Origin: a virus
Taxonomy: Duplodnaviria > Caudoviricetes
Strand: one strand, 5' to 3'
DNA: 64,000 nt
IMG/VR virus record: IMGVR_UViG_3300035498_000530
Location: 1-64,000 of that record
Translations under genes and position numbers: made by a program
The notes under the pieces: model-generated
What the model saw: only the letters and a program-made list of their open reading frames with translations
Databases searched by the model: none
Told to the model about the DNA's origin: nothing
Shown: positions 18,403 through 30,500 of the stretch, piece by piece
Layout: the number at the start of each line of letters is the position of its first letter
Numbering within the stretch: position 1 is the first letter of the stretch

Positions 18403-19128
18403 TTAACTCCTAATGATTGAATTGTACATTTGTTCTGATCTAGATATATTCCAGTATGCATATACTAAAGATAGAAATGATTCTACATTTTGTTCATGGA
18501 AAGTTCTATGTCCAGGACAAGATAAATCTATTATATATTCAGTATATTCTGGTTTGGTTTTATCTAGATGCAAAATTTCTACTGCGTCTATATTCATTCC
18601 AATCTGTGTTCTGAGCATATATTCATATGCCGCTAACTGAAGGAAATATTTATATGTTACAGATTTGCTAGTTTTAAAATCTAGCAAGATTATTTTATCA
18701 TTTCTCGTCTTGAATACTAAATCCATAGTACCACCATAGTAAGGACAAGATAAACTTAATTCAGAATATAATATATTTATATCTGGGTTATTATTATATA
18801 TCCAATCCTTTAATGCTACATATGCACTAAGATCTTCAAGATCTATAATCTGATTCTTTTGTTCTTGATCATCTCCTAATAAGACTTCTGCTCTACGATG
18901 GACTTCTGTGCCATAATCTGTTGCTATCTTAGATATATCAGTATGGCGTTTTCCTTTGAGTCCCATATTATTAGCCCAAGTCATAAGATAATCTTCATGT
19001 ATCATTTTAGATAATATAGTACTCACCCTAGGAACATAGTAATTATTAAACATATATGGACCCTCAGGTAAGTTTAATTCTTTTATATGAACTCTATTCA
19101 TTAAACTAGAAACACTTAAATCGTTCAT
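18403..19128 (-). CDS. PD-(D/E)XK (RecB/Cas4-like) exonuclease
   Basis: PRVSTIL, GTEVH, GGTMDL, LLDFKTS, QLAAY. Confidence 0.88.
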   Translation of the reverse strand: MNDLSVSSLMNRVHIKELNLPEGPYMFNNYYVPRVSTILSKMIHEDYLMTWANNMGLKGKRHTDISKIATDYGTEVHRRAEVLLGDDQEQKNQIIDLEDLSAYVALKDWIYNNNPDINILYSELSLSCPYYGGTMDLVFKTRNDKIILLDFKTSKSVTYKYFLQLAAYEYMLRTQIGMNIDAVEILHLDKTKPEYTEYIIDLSCPGHRTFHEQNVESFLSLVYAYWNISRSEQMYNSIIRS

Positions 19129-19164
19129 TTTAAATTTTCCTTTCTACTCTATTTTTAGAAAAAA

Positions 19165-19195
19165 TAAAAGAGCAGATTAAAAATCCACTCTTTAT
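19165..19195 (-). terminator. Terminator or attenuator upstream of the nuclease operon
   Basis: Stem with G-U pairs plus TTTATTTTTT. Confidence 0.65.
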
Positions 19196-19204
19196 ATTTT
19201 TATA

Positions 19205-19660
19205 TTACTCAGCATATGTATTTCCTTTACCTTCCACTTTAGTTTCTGTGAAAGAAGTATCAAATACTGCTGTATATTTGATATAATTCAATCTGTCGTA
19301 TGAATTATATATTCTAGAAACAGTTGAAATACGGATTGATCCATCTTCATACTGTTTTCTTACATATTGTTGTGCGTCATCCCTTATCAAAGGAATACAA
19401 TACACTAATATTACTATAAGTCCTACGACTATAGCAAGATTAATTTTGAAATCTAATTTCTTGTGGTAACTTTTTCTCTTCTGAGTTTTATACCACTTAT
19501 TGATTTCGTGTAATTCAGGATTCTGATTTCTCTCCTGTACTCTGTAGGCTTTCATTCTTTCAATGCCTCTTTCTGTGTTGATGTTCTTTGTTGTAACCCC
19601 TGATGTAGTATCCATTGAATATACATCGATTATGTTTTTTGCTGTAAGTATGTTTTTCAT
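19205..19660 (-). CDS. Early membrane protein (one TM segment)
   Basis: INLAIVVGLIVILVYCIPLI; early motif at 19728-19735. Confidence 0.75.
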   Translation of the reverse strand: MKNILTAKNIIDVYSMDTTSGVTTKNINTERGIERMKAYRVQERNQNPELHEINKWYKTQKRKSYHKKLDFKINLAIVVGLIVILVYCIPLIRDDAQQYVRKQYEDGSIRISTVSRIYNSYDRLNYIKYTAVFDTSFTETKVEGKGNTYAE

Positions 19661-19775
19661 CTTACATTCCTCCTCTTGTATTATTTTAAAGTTGGGATTA
19701 TGATATATATTTATCTATATCAAATTTATAATATATAATTATTTTTTGTCTGTTTTACTATAAAATTCCAAGTAG

Positions 19776-19787
19776 AACATATTAGTA
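19776..19787 (+). promoter_or_regulatory. Late-type promoter AACA-N6-TA heading the structural block
   Basis: Recurs on + at 11746, 12522, 23613, 27469, 36016, 36679, 41228, 45221, 55453 and 58179 (GACA variant at 11746 and 27469). Confidence 0.8.
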
Positions 19788-19813
19788 AATTATACCCTAA
19801 GGAGGACTAAATA

Positions 19814-20749
19814 ATGAAAAATTTTTCAAACACCTACTTATATAATAAGTATAATAAGTATGAACAGGAGCTGTTCAATTTTGTTATGAATGGTACTGTT
19901 ATCGAAAAGAATACAGAGGCTTTTGAAGATATTAAATTTCAGGTAAAGAAATGCCCAATATCTAATAATCTTATAAAAGTTCTTATGAGTAATAATGTAG
20001 TTCTTATGACAGGAAATAGACCTCTTCCTAAGGCTTTCAAGGTAACGGCTATGAAAGATATTAGAGGAGATCATAAAATTAAGGTATTTATAGATTGTAC
20101 AGGTTTGATTCATGGTGATGCTGGTAGTACATATGAATGTGGTAATATAAATATTCTTATATCTTATTTAGTATCAGCAGTAACTACAATGATTTATACA
20201 GTTAAACCTAATGCAATATTTGGAGATACGAGTCTTGTTATGCTTATGACAGAGACTTATTCTACATTGTTTACATACATTATAGACTACTTGTATAAGA
20301 TAAGTGGATCTAGTACTAATATAAAGAATAAGTGTCAGTATCTTTGTTCAATGTATTTCCTTACATGTTTGCTTGAGAAAGATCCAGACAAAGATGCAAC
20401 TAGCGCTATAGCAAGAAAAGTTAGTGGTATATCTGAAAGAGAAGAAGATCTTATTAAGATAAAGATTCATGAGAATAGCTATCTTAATATTAAGGAATTT
20501 GCTGATACTCTTTCTAAGATACTTCTTCTTGATAAGCTTACATGTGATGTAATCGTAGAAAAATGGATGTGGCTGTATGGTACAGGTACAGTATTTGCAC
20601 TTGAATTGTTTCCACCATTTGCATCTATGATTACTGATGCTTATGTAGGTGCTTATATCAATAATCAGAAAACAATCGAAAAAGTAGCTGACAGGAAAAT
20701 GGTAGAGATGAGTAAGAAACTCATAAATATTGGAGCTGGTCTAGTATGA
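19814..20749 (+). CDS. Hypothetical late protein
   Basis: GGAGG RBS; late promoter. Confidence 0.8.
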   Translation: MKNFSNTYLYNKYNKYEQELFNFVMNGTVIEKNTEAFEDIKFQVKKCPISNNLIKVLMSNNVVLMTGNRPLPKAFKVTAMKDIRGDHKIKVFIDCTGLIHGDAGSTYECGNINILISYLVSAVTTMIYTVKPNAIFGDTSLVMLMTETYSTLFTYIIDYLYKISGSSTNIKNKCQYLCSMYFLTCLLEKDPDKDATSAIARKVSGISEREEDLIKIKIHENSYLNIKEFADTLSKILLLDKLTCDVIVEKWMWLYGTGTVFALELFPPFASMITDAYVGAYINNQKTIEKVADRKMVEMSKKLINIGAGLV

Positions 20750-23565
20750 TATCAAGAAATACTATATTAAATGATGGTACTCCTATAACATTGGCGAATG
20801 TTGTAGATAATGTACTATTGAGAACAGAGGAAAATGTAAAAGAAATAACCGATAATGTTAGAAGTGTAACTACATATGGTGATGAAGTATTATGGTCATT
20901 GGCATATGGTTATAAAATAAATGATAAGACTTATTCTAAAGAAAAGAATGAGATCTTATTGTATTTGAATAAAGCTGTTATAGATGGTGAATACCTGGCG
21001 GCTTTTAGAAAAATAAAATTAGATGCTTTTGATAAACAATATGATAAGACTACAGAAAAGACTGATAATGGTATTAAGACTTATTATCTAGAGGGAGAAG
21101 AAGTTACAGAGATACCATTAAGAACAGCCTTTAAGTATCATTATCTTAAGCCATTCTTATTATTCATAAAGAATAGATTTATATTCTGGAATTGTATAAC
21201 TTTCATACATAGTAAAGAATCAAACTATCTTAGAATATTAGATACTAATGGTTATTGTAATCGTAATTGGACCAAGAGAATAGAAGAACCAAATCCAGAT
21301 TGGTTTGGAGAAGAAAGATTTGATAAATCTGTAAGGGAAGCAATAATTAACTCTCATATTGGTAAATCGGATTATGAGCAAATAAAAGAGAAATATGATC
21401 CTGTTAGTTATGTATATGATGAAGAAACTCATATATCAAAATCTAATGGAGAATATGTAACTACAGTTGGTCATGATGCTTATTATATTACAAATGATGA
21501 TATCAATATGGTATTTGTTCCTATGGATTTGGAATACTATGATGATTTTGATAATCTTAATACTGCTACATATAATATAATCAAAAATAGATGCGAACTT
21601 TGTTTTGATATAAGAGGATATCTTGTTCCAGATATTAATGATGAAACTCAAGAAAGTCGTGCATATATGTATCCTTCAATTGGAGATGAATATGTAATTA
21701 CATCTAGTTGGAATAAAGATGATAGTCTTCAGACCTATCTTAATAATGGAAAGAGATTACATATGAGAGATCTTATTACATTTAAATATAATGAAGACTC
21801 TGGTAATTATGAATTATATCCTGTTCGAGATGGTGAAGTTGGAGATGACTATATTGATACTGTAGAAGAATTAGTTACTCTTGAATCTAATAATAAATGT
21901 ATGTATGCTTTAATACATATGAAAGATATGGTATATCCAATATCTCTTAAAGACGAGTTTATATCAAAATCTTCTGTAGATTCAAAGTTTAATGAAACTC
22001 TTAGTATTCCTTTAGCTGAAAGAAGATCTTATACTAATATCATTAAACTCATTAAGGAATATAATATGAATCTATTAAGATCAGAGAATAAAGATGTAGT
22101 TACTACATATTATGAATTCAATAAATCCGATCTTGTTAATAATAGATTATTCTTATCTAATTGCGTTTCTGATAGTTATGAGACTTATCCTATGATATTC
22201 TGTGATGGAAAATTGATATCTAATTATCATACTATAGAATATAAAATGGATGGAGTCTATTTATATTTCACTAATGAAGATATAGATAAGTATAATCTTA
22301 AAACATTTGAGATTGTATTCTTTAATAGAGTAAATAATGAACCTGCTATATATCGTGGCGTTCAGAAAATGTCTGAGATTAAAAATGGCTTAGATATAGC
22401 AGATACTACAGATATTGATAACTTAAAGCTATTTACTCATAGAGCAGATCAAGAATCTTATCCGGAAGTAACTAAGGATGAAAGAAATCAATACAATGTA
22501 AAGTATAGAGTATTCTCAGAAGATAGAGAATATCCTGTGGTAGACTTTAAGCTTAATAATGATGGAACAGAAGAATCATTTATAAAGAATGTCACTTTAG
22601 AATCTAAGTATATAAAACTGTTTAATGAAAATGATTATATGAGAAAAATCAGTTTTGTATCAGATAGACAGTTTAGATATAACTATACATACTTAAATTA
22701 TTCTAAAACAGAAAAAGAATTCTCTATAGAATTAACTTCAGATTTCAAATATTGTAGAGATACCAATAGATTTATGGTATTCTATAATGGTAGACTTCTT
22801 GAATATTATAGATACTATTTTGTATTCCCAGAGCCAGAAACTCCGGTAAACACTACATCTGTATATCTTAAAATCAATAAGATAGATTGGACATCTGATA
22901 AGAATATAGTAGAAGTTTTCTATGTTCCAAATAGATTGAGTTCTGTAAATTGTATTATGCAAAAAAGTACATATATAGATAATACTACAGGACTCCAAGA
23001 GGAAGGATATGGATATATAGAATGTGATAAAGAATATGAATCAGATCTATTATATCCAATAGCTAATGATCTTTGTTTTATATTTAAGAATGGTCTTAAG
23101 ATAGAAGCTAAAGATATCTATAATCTTGGTACTAGAAGAGTTGCTATTCCTAAATTGCATAAGATAGGAACAGAATCAGAACCAGTATCATATATTGTAT
23201 TAAGACATTCTGAAGATGTAAATGATGAGTATATTAAATCTATAGAATCAGATGGATGTAAATATGAAGATCTTCTTGAAGATAATGAAGTTATAGATGG
23301 ATTCTTCTATAAGAAAGATGGTAAGTTAGTATATCCTGATGCTGATAGGTATAGTGATAATACTGTTCTTACTGCCAATATAGGAGAAGTTGTAACTGAC
23401 AACGAAATATACAATAAGATTCTTATTGACTATTATTTGCAGCCTGGAACTGGTATAGATAGGTATACAATTCCTGTAAATATGAATATATTATCTAGTA
23501 AATTTAAGATCAAAGGAAGCTCTGGTGATATGATATTATATCCCTCAACAGGTGAAAATGAATAG
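20746..23565 (+). CDS. Large putative virion (tail/baseplate) protein
   Basis: Repeated F-x-N/D-G-x-L beta modules; ATGA coupling. Confidence 0.7.
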   Translation: MISRNTILNDGTPITLANVVDNVLLRTEENVKEITDNVRSVTTYGDEVLWSLAYGYKINDKTYSKEKNEILLYLNKAVIDGEYLAAFRKIKLDAFDKQYDKTTEKTDNGIKTYYLEGEEVTEIPLRTAFKYHYLKPFLLFIKNRFIFWNCITFIHSKESNYLRILDTNGYCNRNWTKRIEEPNPDWFGEERFDKSVREAIINSHIGKSDYEQIKEKYDPVSYVYDEETHISKSNGEYVTTVGHDAYYITNDDINMVFVPMDLEYYDDFDNLNTATYNIIKNRCELCFDIRGYLVPDINDETQESRAYMYPSIGDEYVITSSWNKDDSLQTYLNNGKRLHMRDLITFKYNEDSGNYELYPVRDGEVGDDYIDTVEELVTLESNNKCMYALIHMKDMVYPISLKDEFISKSSVDSKFNETLSIPLAERRSYTNIIKLIKEYNMNLLRSENKDVVTTYYEFNKSDLVNNRLFLSNCVSDSYETYPMIFCDGKLISNYHTIEYKMDGVYLYFTNEDIDKYNLKTFEIVFFNRVNNEPAIYRGVQKMSEIKNGLDIADTTDIDNLKLFTHRADQESYPEVTKDERNQYNVKYRVFSEDREYPVVDFKLNNDGTEESFIKNVTLESKYIKLFNENDYMRKISFVSDRQFRYNYTYLNYSKTEKEFSIELTSDFKYCRDTNRFMVFYNGRLLEYYRYYFVFPEPETPVNTTSVYLKINKIDWTSDKNIVEVFYVPNRLSSVNCIMQKSTYIDNTTGLQEEGYGYIECDKEYESDLLYPIANDLCFIFKNGLKIEAKDIYNLGTRRVAIPKLHKIGTESEPVSYIVLRHSEDVNDEYIKSIESDGCKYEDLLEDNEVIDGFFYKKDGKLVYPDADRYSDNTVLTANIGEVVTDNEIYNKILIDYYLQPGTGIDRYTIPVNMNILSSKFKIKGSSGDMILYPSTGENE

Positions 23566-23581
23566 AATTAGAGCATATATA

Positions 23582-23608
23582 GGAGATAGGCAAGAGCTGC
23601 CTATCTCC
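23582..23608 (+). terminator. Terminator hairpin
   Basis: GGAGATAGGCA/TGCCTATCTCC stem. Confidence 0.8.
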
Positions 23609-23653
23609 ATTTAACATTTTATTAAAGTATTATATGAAAGGAGGAATTTTTGG

Positions 23654-25024
23654 ATGGCTTCAGATAATTGGAATGGGTCTACTACGATATTATCAGATGA
23701 TGATGGTAAAGTAGTGCCTAATCAAAGAGCTAGAATACCAACAGTTCCTTATGGAATTACTATATCTAATAATGAAAATTATACTGATATATGCAATAAA
23801 ATTGTATCCGTTGGTGATTATAGGGAATTGATGATAGACTATAGCAACGGAGATGCTTATATAAAAAATGGCGAAGATGTATATAATCTCGGTGATAAGA
23901 TTGCACAAAAAGTTGTAACTGATTATGGAGATAATATATATGTCAATATAGATGGTGCTACTGTTAATCTTAGTAACACTGTTGCAGAATTGAGTAGAAA
24001 TCAAATATATTCTACTCCGGTTGTATTTATGGATAGTTCTAATTGGGTTACAAATGGAAAAGAAATCCAGATAAGCCCAGATAATAAAACAACAGAATTA
24101 GTTTATGATACAAGTGATAAATTATATAAATTACAACTCAAAGGTTTCAATCCAGAAGCCCCATTAACGCTTACTAACAAGGTTCCTTATATAGGAAACA
24201 CTGGAACCCTTGAATGGAAAGATCCAACAGAATTTAAACTTCCTGGATTTGAACAGGCTGAAGAAAACACTGTTCCAGTAAAATCAGAGGATTCAATAAA
24301 ATGGTCTAAGGTTACAGCAGATGGTAATGATGTAAACTTCGTTGATATTGATACTCTTGAAACTGCTGTTAATATTGAAGTTTCTGAAGCCATAGTTGAT
24401 AATAATGTAATATATGGAGATCCAATCAAAGGCTATAATGTTGTTTGTGTAGGAGCAACATTATTAGACTTACAAACTGTCTTAGAGACAATTGATTCCC
24501 TTAGCAATGAACTTGCTAAGGAAAAAATAAGTCATACTAATGACATATTTACTCTGTCTTCAAGAATATCTGCTATGAGCTCTGGCCACAGCAATGTTCT
24601 TATAGATACATTCAGTAATGGTACAACAGAATTGATAGATACTACTGCTAATTCAGAAGTATCTTATAGTATCAATGATAATACAGAATTGATCATTGAG
24701 CATAGTGATAGTTATTTATCATATGATCTTACTACAATTCCTATAGAGATTGATGCTACATCTGGAGATGTATTAAGTGTAAATATAGTTACAGATAGCG
24801 ATATTTCTGATTTGGAATATGCTGTAGCTAATATATTATTACACAACACTGATACCGATAAATGGGAGACTAGTGAAGATAGATCAACTAATCTTAATAG
24901 CGATCATCCAATAAATATCCCATTATCTAATAACTATGATAAGTTTAAGGTATATATTTCATATTCTACAACATCAGATGATGTAGTTATAAAGAATTTA
25001 TCATTGTCTTATACATTAATCTAG
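23654..25024 (+). CDS. Putative tail/virion protein
   Basis: Late promoter at 23613; acidic, beta-rich. Confidence 0.7.
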   Translation: MASDNWNGSTTILSDDDGKVVPNQRARIPTVPYGITISNNENYTDICNKIVSVGDYRELMIDYSNGDAYIKNGEDVYNLGDKIAQKVVTDYGDNIYVNIDGATVNLSNTVAELSRNQIYSTPVVFMDSSNWVTNGKEIQISPDNKTTELVYDTSDKLYKLQLKGFNPEAPLTLTNKVPYIGNTGTLEWKDPTEFKLPGFEQAEENTVPVKSEDSIKWSKVTADGNDVNFVDIDTLETAVNIEVSEAIVDNNVIYGDPIKGYNVVCVGATLLDLQTVLETIDSLSNELAKEKISHTNDIFTLSSRISAMSSGHSNVLIDTFSNGTTELIDTTANSEVSYSINDNTELIIEHSDSYLSYDLTTIPIEIDATSGDVLSVNIVTDSDISDLEYAVANILLHNTDTDKWETSEDRSTNLNSDHPINIPLSNNYDKFKVYISYSTTSDDVVIKNLSLSYTLI

Positions 25025-25037
25025 GAGGTGTTATAGA

Positions 25038-25748
25038 ATGAATAAATATTATGTACCAGAAGACGTTCATCATATTAAGATAAATGAAAGTATTTATAAT
25101 ATGAATAACCAGTCTCAGCTAGAAATCAATGAAAGTATATTTAATAATGCTGCAAATGATATGGCTGAACAGGAAAATGTAAATGCTATTCTTATTGATA
25201 ATATGGATGATTCAGACTTATGTAATAGTGAATTTATAAATTATGATTTCAGTTATAAACCTGACTGGAATTATACTGGAAGTAATTATAATTACCCAGA
25301 AGAAAGTGAATATGATGGAAAGATATATTATGATGAATATCATCATAGATATGTCTTAGGAAAGAATTCTGTATTAGAACTCGATTACACAGACTTTATA
25401 AAGTCATTCATCAATTCTACTAATTTTCCAGTGACTCAAGATGATGATGGATCTATAGATATAATACCATATATCGGATCTATATATTTATCTTTAGACA
25501 CTTTAGATGGTGATGAATCTAATCTTAGTGTTACTATATCTATTGCCCAGGGTAATAAGTCTGCTGACTTTGATTTAACCCCAGGTAGTATGGTAGATGT
25601 AAATATATCAACTGAGAATAATGAAATCATTACCATTGATGATTCAATCAAGTATTATATTACTGTGTTTAATACTTCAGATCAAAAGATGTTCTTAAAG
25701 AATATCGCTTTAGGATTTGTCGTAAATGAAATGGCACAGAACACTTAA
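25038..25748 (+). CDS. Putative virion protein
   Basis: In operon; RBS. Confidence 0.7.
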   Translation: MNKYYVPEDVHHIKINESIYNMNNQSQLEINESIFNNAANDMAEQENVNAILIDNMDDSDLCNSEFINYDFSYKPDWNYTGSNYNYPEESEYDGKIYYDEYHHRYVLGKNSVLELDYTDFIKSFINSTNFPVTQDDDGSIDIIPYIGSIYLSLDTLDGDESNLSVTISIAQGNKSADFDLTPGSMVDVNISTENNEIITIDDSIKYYITVFNTSDQKMFLKNIALGFVVNEMAQNT

Positions 25749-25761
25749 GGAGGTTTAATAT

Positions 25762-26022
25762 ATGAGACGTATTAAAGGATTTAATACAAACAGAAATGTA
25801 AATTTTATTGAACCACTTAAAAACCTAATAAGAAATTTATATATAGAATCTGATGAAATCATCGGAAATATATATACTTTTAAATCTAAATCTAAGTTTC
25901 CTCCAGTTGGAGAAGAAGGATGTCTTTATATAGACTTGTCTGATAATATGCAAGTATATCAATATGTCGAAGGCTATGGATACAGCATATTTAATAATAA
26001 CTTAGATATACTTCAAGGATAA
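25762..26022 (+). CDS. Small tail-fibre-associated protein
   Basis: FPPVGEEGCLYID motif typical of fibre modules. Confidence 0.65.
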   Translation: MRRIKGFNTNRNVNFIEPLKNLIRNLYIESDEIIGNIYTFKSKSKFPPVGEEGCLYIDLSDNMQVYQYVEGYGYSIFNNNLDILQG

Positions 26023-26050
26023 AGCATAATTAAAAAGGAGATGAATTATT

Positions 26051-27427
26051 ATGGCTGATACAACAAATACACCTACAGCTACAACTGCTAGAACTCCAAA
26101 TACAGTAAAAACAAAATTCGCTCTTAGAGTAGATACTGCCGAAAATTGGGCGAAATGTACCACTGCCCCGTTAGCCGGCGAGCCATGTCTTGAAAAAATA
26201 ACAGTTGCTGCCACTAGCACTAGTGAAAAAGACAAAGTATATTATAATGTAAAATATGGTGATGGTACCACACTTTATAAGGATCTTCCTTATGCATCTA
26301 AATATAATAGTTCTGTAGCACTTGTTAAAGTATTATCAGATACATCAAGTTATAAAACATTTAACACTGGTTCTACAATTACATTTACTGATACAGATGG
26401 TACTGAATATGTAATAAAGACACCAGATACATATGCTACATCTTTAGCATTTACTTCTGATAGTACAAAGAATACAGTAGTAGCTAAAGAAACTCTTAAT
26501 AGTACTAATGCTTCTGGTACAGCAATATCAGTTACTGGCGATTTGCCAACTGCATCAACATCAGGATTTGGTGTTACTAAATATTCTTCTGACTTTGCAG
26601 TTGATGCAACTAGTCATGTAGCATCACTCGCAACTCAGGCTAATATAACAGCTGCTAAAACAGTTTCTGATAATACCGCTGGCAATGTAACTAATGGTAG
26701 TACTATTAAAATTCCTAAGATTACAGTAAGTACCAAAGGTATTGTTACAAATGCTGATGAGGTAAGTGTAACACTTCAGAGTAATACAGAACTTGCAGCA
26801 AATAAGATATATGTAACAGGTACAGAATCGAGTGCTGCTAATACAGAAAATCAGAAAGTTGCAGCTAAAGTTAGTATTGCTCCTTCAACTGGTACTCTTG
26901 ATGCTCCGATTGTTTCTGCTACTACAGAAGTAGATACTAATGCAATCAAACCTAGTGCAAGTGGAACTACATTGACAATCACTCATGCTTCACTTACAAC
27001 AAGTGGTACTGGTACATGGACAGATTCTCATGCTACAGTTAATCTTAATGGTGCTACAGCACTTACAGCTAAGCAAGCTACAGTAACACTTAGTGGTACA
27101 ACTAAGTTGTCAGCAGCACAGAATGTTGTAGAATTAACAGGTACTACTTCACTTACAGATAAGCATAATACTGTAACTTTTAGCGGTACAACTAAATTAA
27201 CAGCCGCACAGAAAGATGTATCATTTACTGGTGTTGGTACAATGGCTATTAGCCAAAACACTACTATCGGAAAAGACCTTATTGTAACAGGTGATAATAC
27301 AAATAATAATGGTATTAATGGTGTACAAGCTCCTAACTTCTATGGTGATATCGAATCTAAATATCTTAGAGATTCAGATGATGGAACCGTACTTATATTG
27401 AATGGTGGAGACGCTACAACTGTTTAA
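26051..27427 (+). CDS. Tail fibre/spike protein (Mtd/hyaluronidase-like N-terminus, 15-aa C-terminal repeats)
   Basis: GEP...KYGDGTT..LPY; Thr/Ala-rich. Confidence 0.75.
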   Translation: MADTTNTPTATTARTPNTVKTKFALRVDTAENWAKCTTAPLAGEPCLEKITVAATSTSEKDKVYYNVKYGDGTTLYKDLPYASKYNSSVALVKVLSDTSSYKTFNTGSTITFTDTDGTEYVIKTPDTYATSLAFTSDSTKNTVVAKETLNSTNASGTAISVTGDLPTASTSGFGVTKYSSDFAVDATSHVASLATQANITAAKTVSDNTAGNVTNGSTIKIPKITVSTKGIVTNADEVSVTLQSNTELAANKIYVTGTESSAANTENQKVAAKVSIAPSTGTLDAPIVSATTEVDTNAIKPSASGTTLTITHASLTTSGTGTWTDSHATVNLNGATALTAKQATVTLSGTTKLSAAQNVVELTGTTSLTDKHNTVTFSGTTKLTAAQKDVSFTGVGTMAISQNTTIGKDLIVTGDNTNNNGINGVQAPNFYGDIESKYLRDSDDGTVLILNGGDATTV

Positions 27428-27439
27428 TACATAACATAA

Positions 27440-27468
27440 GACTCGATTATTTTAACAATAATCGAGTC
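27440..27468 (+). terminator. Hairpin abutting a late promoter
   Basis: GACTCGATTATT/AATAATCGAGTC stem. Confidence 0.75.
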
Positions 27469-27508
27469 GACATTTTAGTAAATATAATGAAATGGAGGTT
27501 GATGTAAG

Positions 27509-30500
27509 ATGGCTGATACAACTAATACACCGACAAGTGTATCTGTTAGGTCACCAAATGAAGTCTTAGCGAAAATAAAAATAAGACATGGTTCTTCAAC
27601 TGATTTTACTAAGAATAAAGTTGTATTATTAGATGCAGAACCAGTTTATGAAACAGATACTAAACGAATCAAAATAGGAGATGGAACAACAGAGTATTCC
27701 TCTTTGGAATATCTTCATAACTTAGTAAAAACTGTAAGTTTGAGTGGTCAAACTCTCACTATAAATTATGAGGATGGAACCTCAAGTAAATTTACTACAC
27801 AAGATAATGATTATAGAGTAACACAAAACTATTCTACGGTAAATGGATATTATCCATTGCTGGCAAGTGCTGTCTCAGGAGTATCTGAAACAACCTCCAG
27901 AGGAACAACTACTACTATTCTTAATAATAGTATTTATATAAATCCATCTAGTGGTTCTATTAATTCTAATTATTTAAATATAAAGAACGAGATTAGCGTT
28001 AACGATGGAGATATTAATGTATATAATGGTAATATCTATTCTTTATATGATATTTATTCAGATTATGGTAATATATATACCATGACTGGAGATATAGTTA
28101 CAGGTGAAGGAAATATAGAAGCCATGGAAGGCCATATACATGCTGGATATTATATACAATCAGAAGAATATGTTCAAACCCCAGATATATATGTAGATAA
28201 GAAAACTTATACTGGTATATATGGAACTGCAAATAAATTTGCTAATGCAGCTTTCTTTTTTGCTTCTGTAAAACCAACTAGTTTTTATATGGGATGGCAT
28301 GTAAAATATACTATATCTGCAACTGTTCCAAATCAGAATAACTATAATGGTTTCTTTGAAGTTGATGTATATGGTGCTCAGACTTATAGATCAGTTTATA
28401 AGTGTTTTAATGCTCATGCAAATACATCATATAGATCATTATATAATCATACATTATATACTCTTACTGAAACTGGATATAATGCTGGCTATGGTCATCT
28501 TTTAGGAATAGACTTAACTGGATCTTCAAATCCAAGTAGTAGTTCTTATCCAAGAACATTTACCATAAAGATATTAGAGTGCGATAATTGTGAAGTAACT
28601 ATGTATGATAGTATGAAGTTATATTCTGCTGTTACCGGAAATGGTACTACGAATTATAATGGTTATGCTAACTTTAATGGTTATGATAATGGTTTACAAG
28701 AACTTGGTGATGATAATGCTTATGATAAAACCGTTATAGGATCAGCAAAAGTATATGCTGGTGCTAATGGTATATATGGATACAATCTTATCATGCAAGA
28801 TACAACGGGATCATGGCAATCTTTTGTATTGTCTAGTTCTACATCTTCTTCTAAGAGTAAAAATACAGCAGCATTTATTCCTAGTAATATATATTACTAC
28901 TCAGGAAGCTCTAGTGCATCTTCTGGAAAGACTGTTAGTAATAATACATTATATGAAGTTTATCCTGCTATAAATATGAATTATTCTACTAATGCAAACT
29001 CTAAACTTACTCAAAGTAAGTCAGTATACTTAGTAGGAACAATGTCAGATGGAGCTTTTTATTTAGCAAATACATGGTGGTCTCAAACTTTACCTACGAG
29101 TGATGATGGATATGTATATATCTATTTAGGTGAAGCCACATCAAGTAGCGCAATGACCTTAATGTCAGAACATCCTATGTTTTGTTTTAAGAATGGATCA
29201 TTACAGAGATATACATATTCTTCAGAATATGCTAGAAAATTAGCAGATCCAGCAGGAAGTTCAACTCAACCTATATATATTAATAATGATGGCAACCCGA
29301 CTGGTATTGATTATACTATAGAAAAGAGTGTTCCTAAAGACGCAATATTTACAGACCAGAATGTTTCTCAAATTTATGATACTGAAGCTAATATTGTATA
29401 TCCATTATTTTCAAATTCATCTTCTGATGGTACTAGAGGAACATATTTTAATACAGATTTTATGTATTATCCTGGAAGTAATCAAATTGTTCTTAATAAT
29501 GTTGCTGCTACCGAATGTGTATCTATTGGTAACGGCACTGATGGATCTTTGATGATTAATGATGAGGATGGAAATTATTCTATTATAACCCTTGCTGATA
29601 ATTATGAAAATATGGATAATAGATTATATATTCCAGATAAATCAGGTAACTTCGTCATAGGTGCAACGGATAGTGATAATGCTTCTAATGCGATATCACA
29701 AGAAAAATATTATTTACAAAGTAAAGAATCTTCATCATTATGGCTTGGTAATTATAATAATAATTCTAATGTTACAGTTGTAGAAGGACTTCATGGTGGA
29801 GAACTTAACAGTAGTGGATTTACAGAAGGATGGAGTATTGATACTACTGGAAATGCTACATTTAATTCTCAAGTTACGGCTGAAGCATTTTCTGGTTCTT
29901 TTGACCCGGTATGTTTTACTAATGTATGTCCTGAATCAGAAATAAATTTTAATTTAGTAGTAATGGTTGAGAATGATAAATCCCTTCGTGATATAGCATA
30001 TATTGGCGCAAATAATGATATTCTCATAAGTAATAGATGGGGATCATCAAAAAATGAAGGTATTGCTAGATTAATACTTGGTAATAGGGTGCAAAAAGGA
30101 AGCAATGAAAATAGTACTGGTTCTATAAGATTATATGGTTCTAATACAGGATATACTGATATAATCACAACTTCTAGTGCTAGTAGTTATACTATAACAT
30201 TGCCAGCTAAGACAGGTACAGTAGCTTTAACATCTGATTTAAGCTCATATGTTCCATTAAATAATACAACTAAAATTATTGCTTCTGATGCTTCATCATA
30301 TGATGTATCTATGACAGTAGCTTCAGACTGGACTGATACTAGTATATCATTAACAGCATTAGAGACAGGTACTTATATTATACAGATATCTACGGCATTT
30401 GGAACTGCTAGTAGTAGTTTAGATAGCTGTACAGATATATTCAGTGGTGTAATGTCTATTGTCAAAGGAACTCAAACTTCTGATTCTAAAGATGAAATAG

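Noticed and set aside
18403-19128. True Cas4 or CRISPR adaptation module
   Set aside because: No four-cysteine Fe-S pattern evident, and no cas1 or array; a generic PD-(D/E)XK nuclease.
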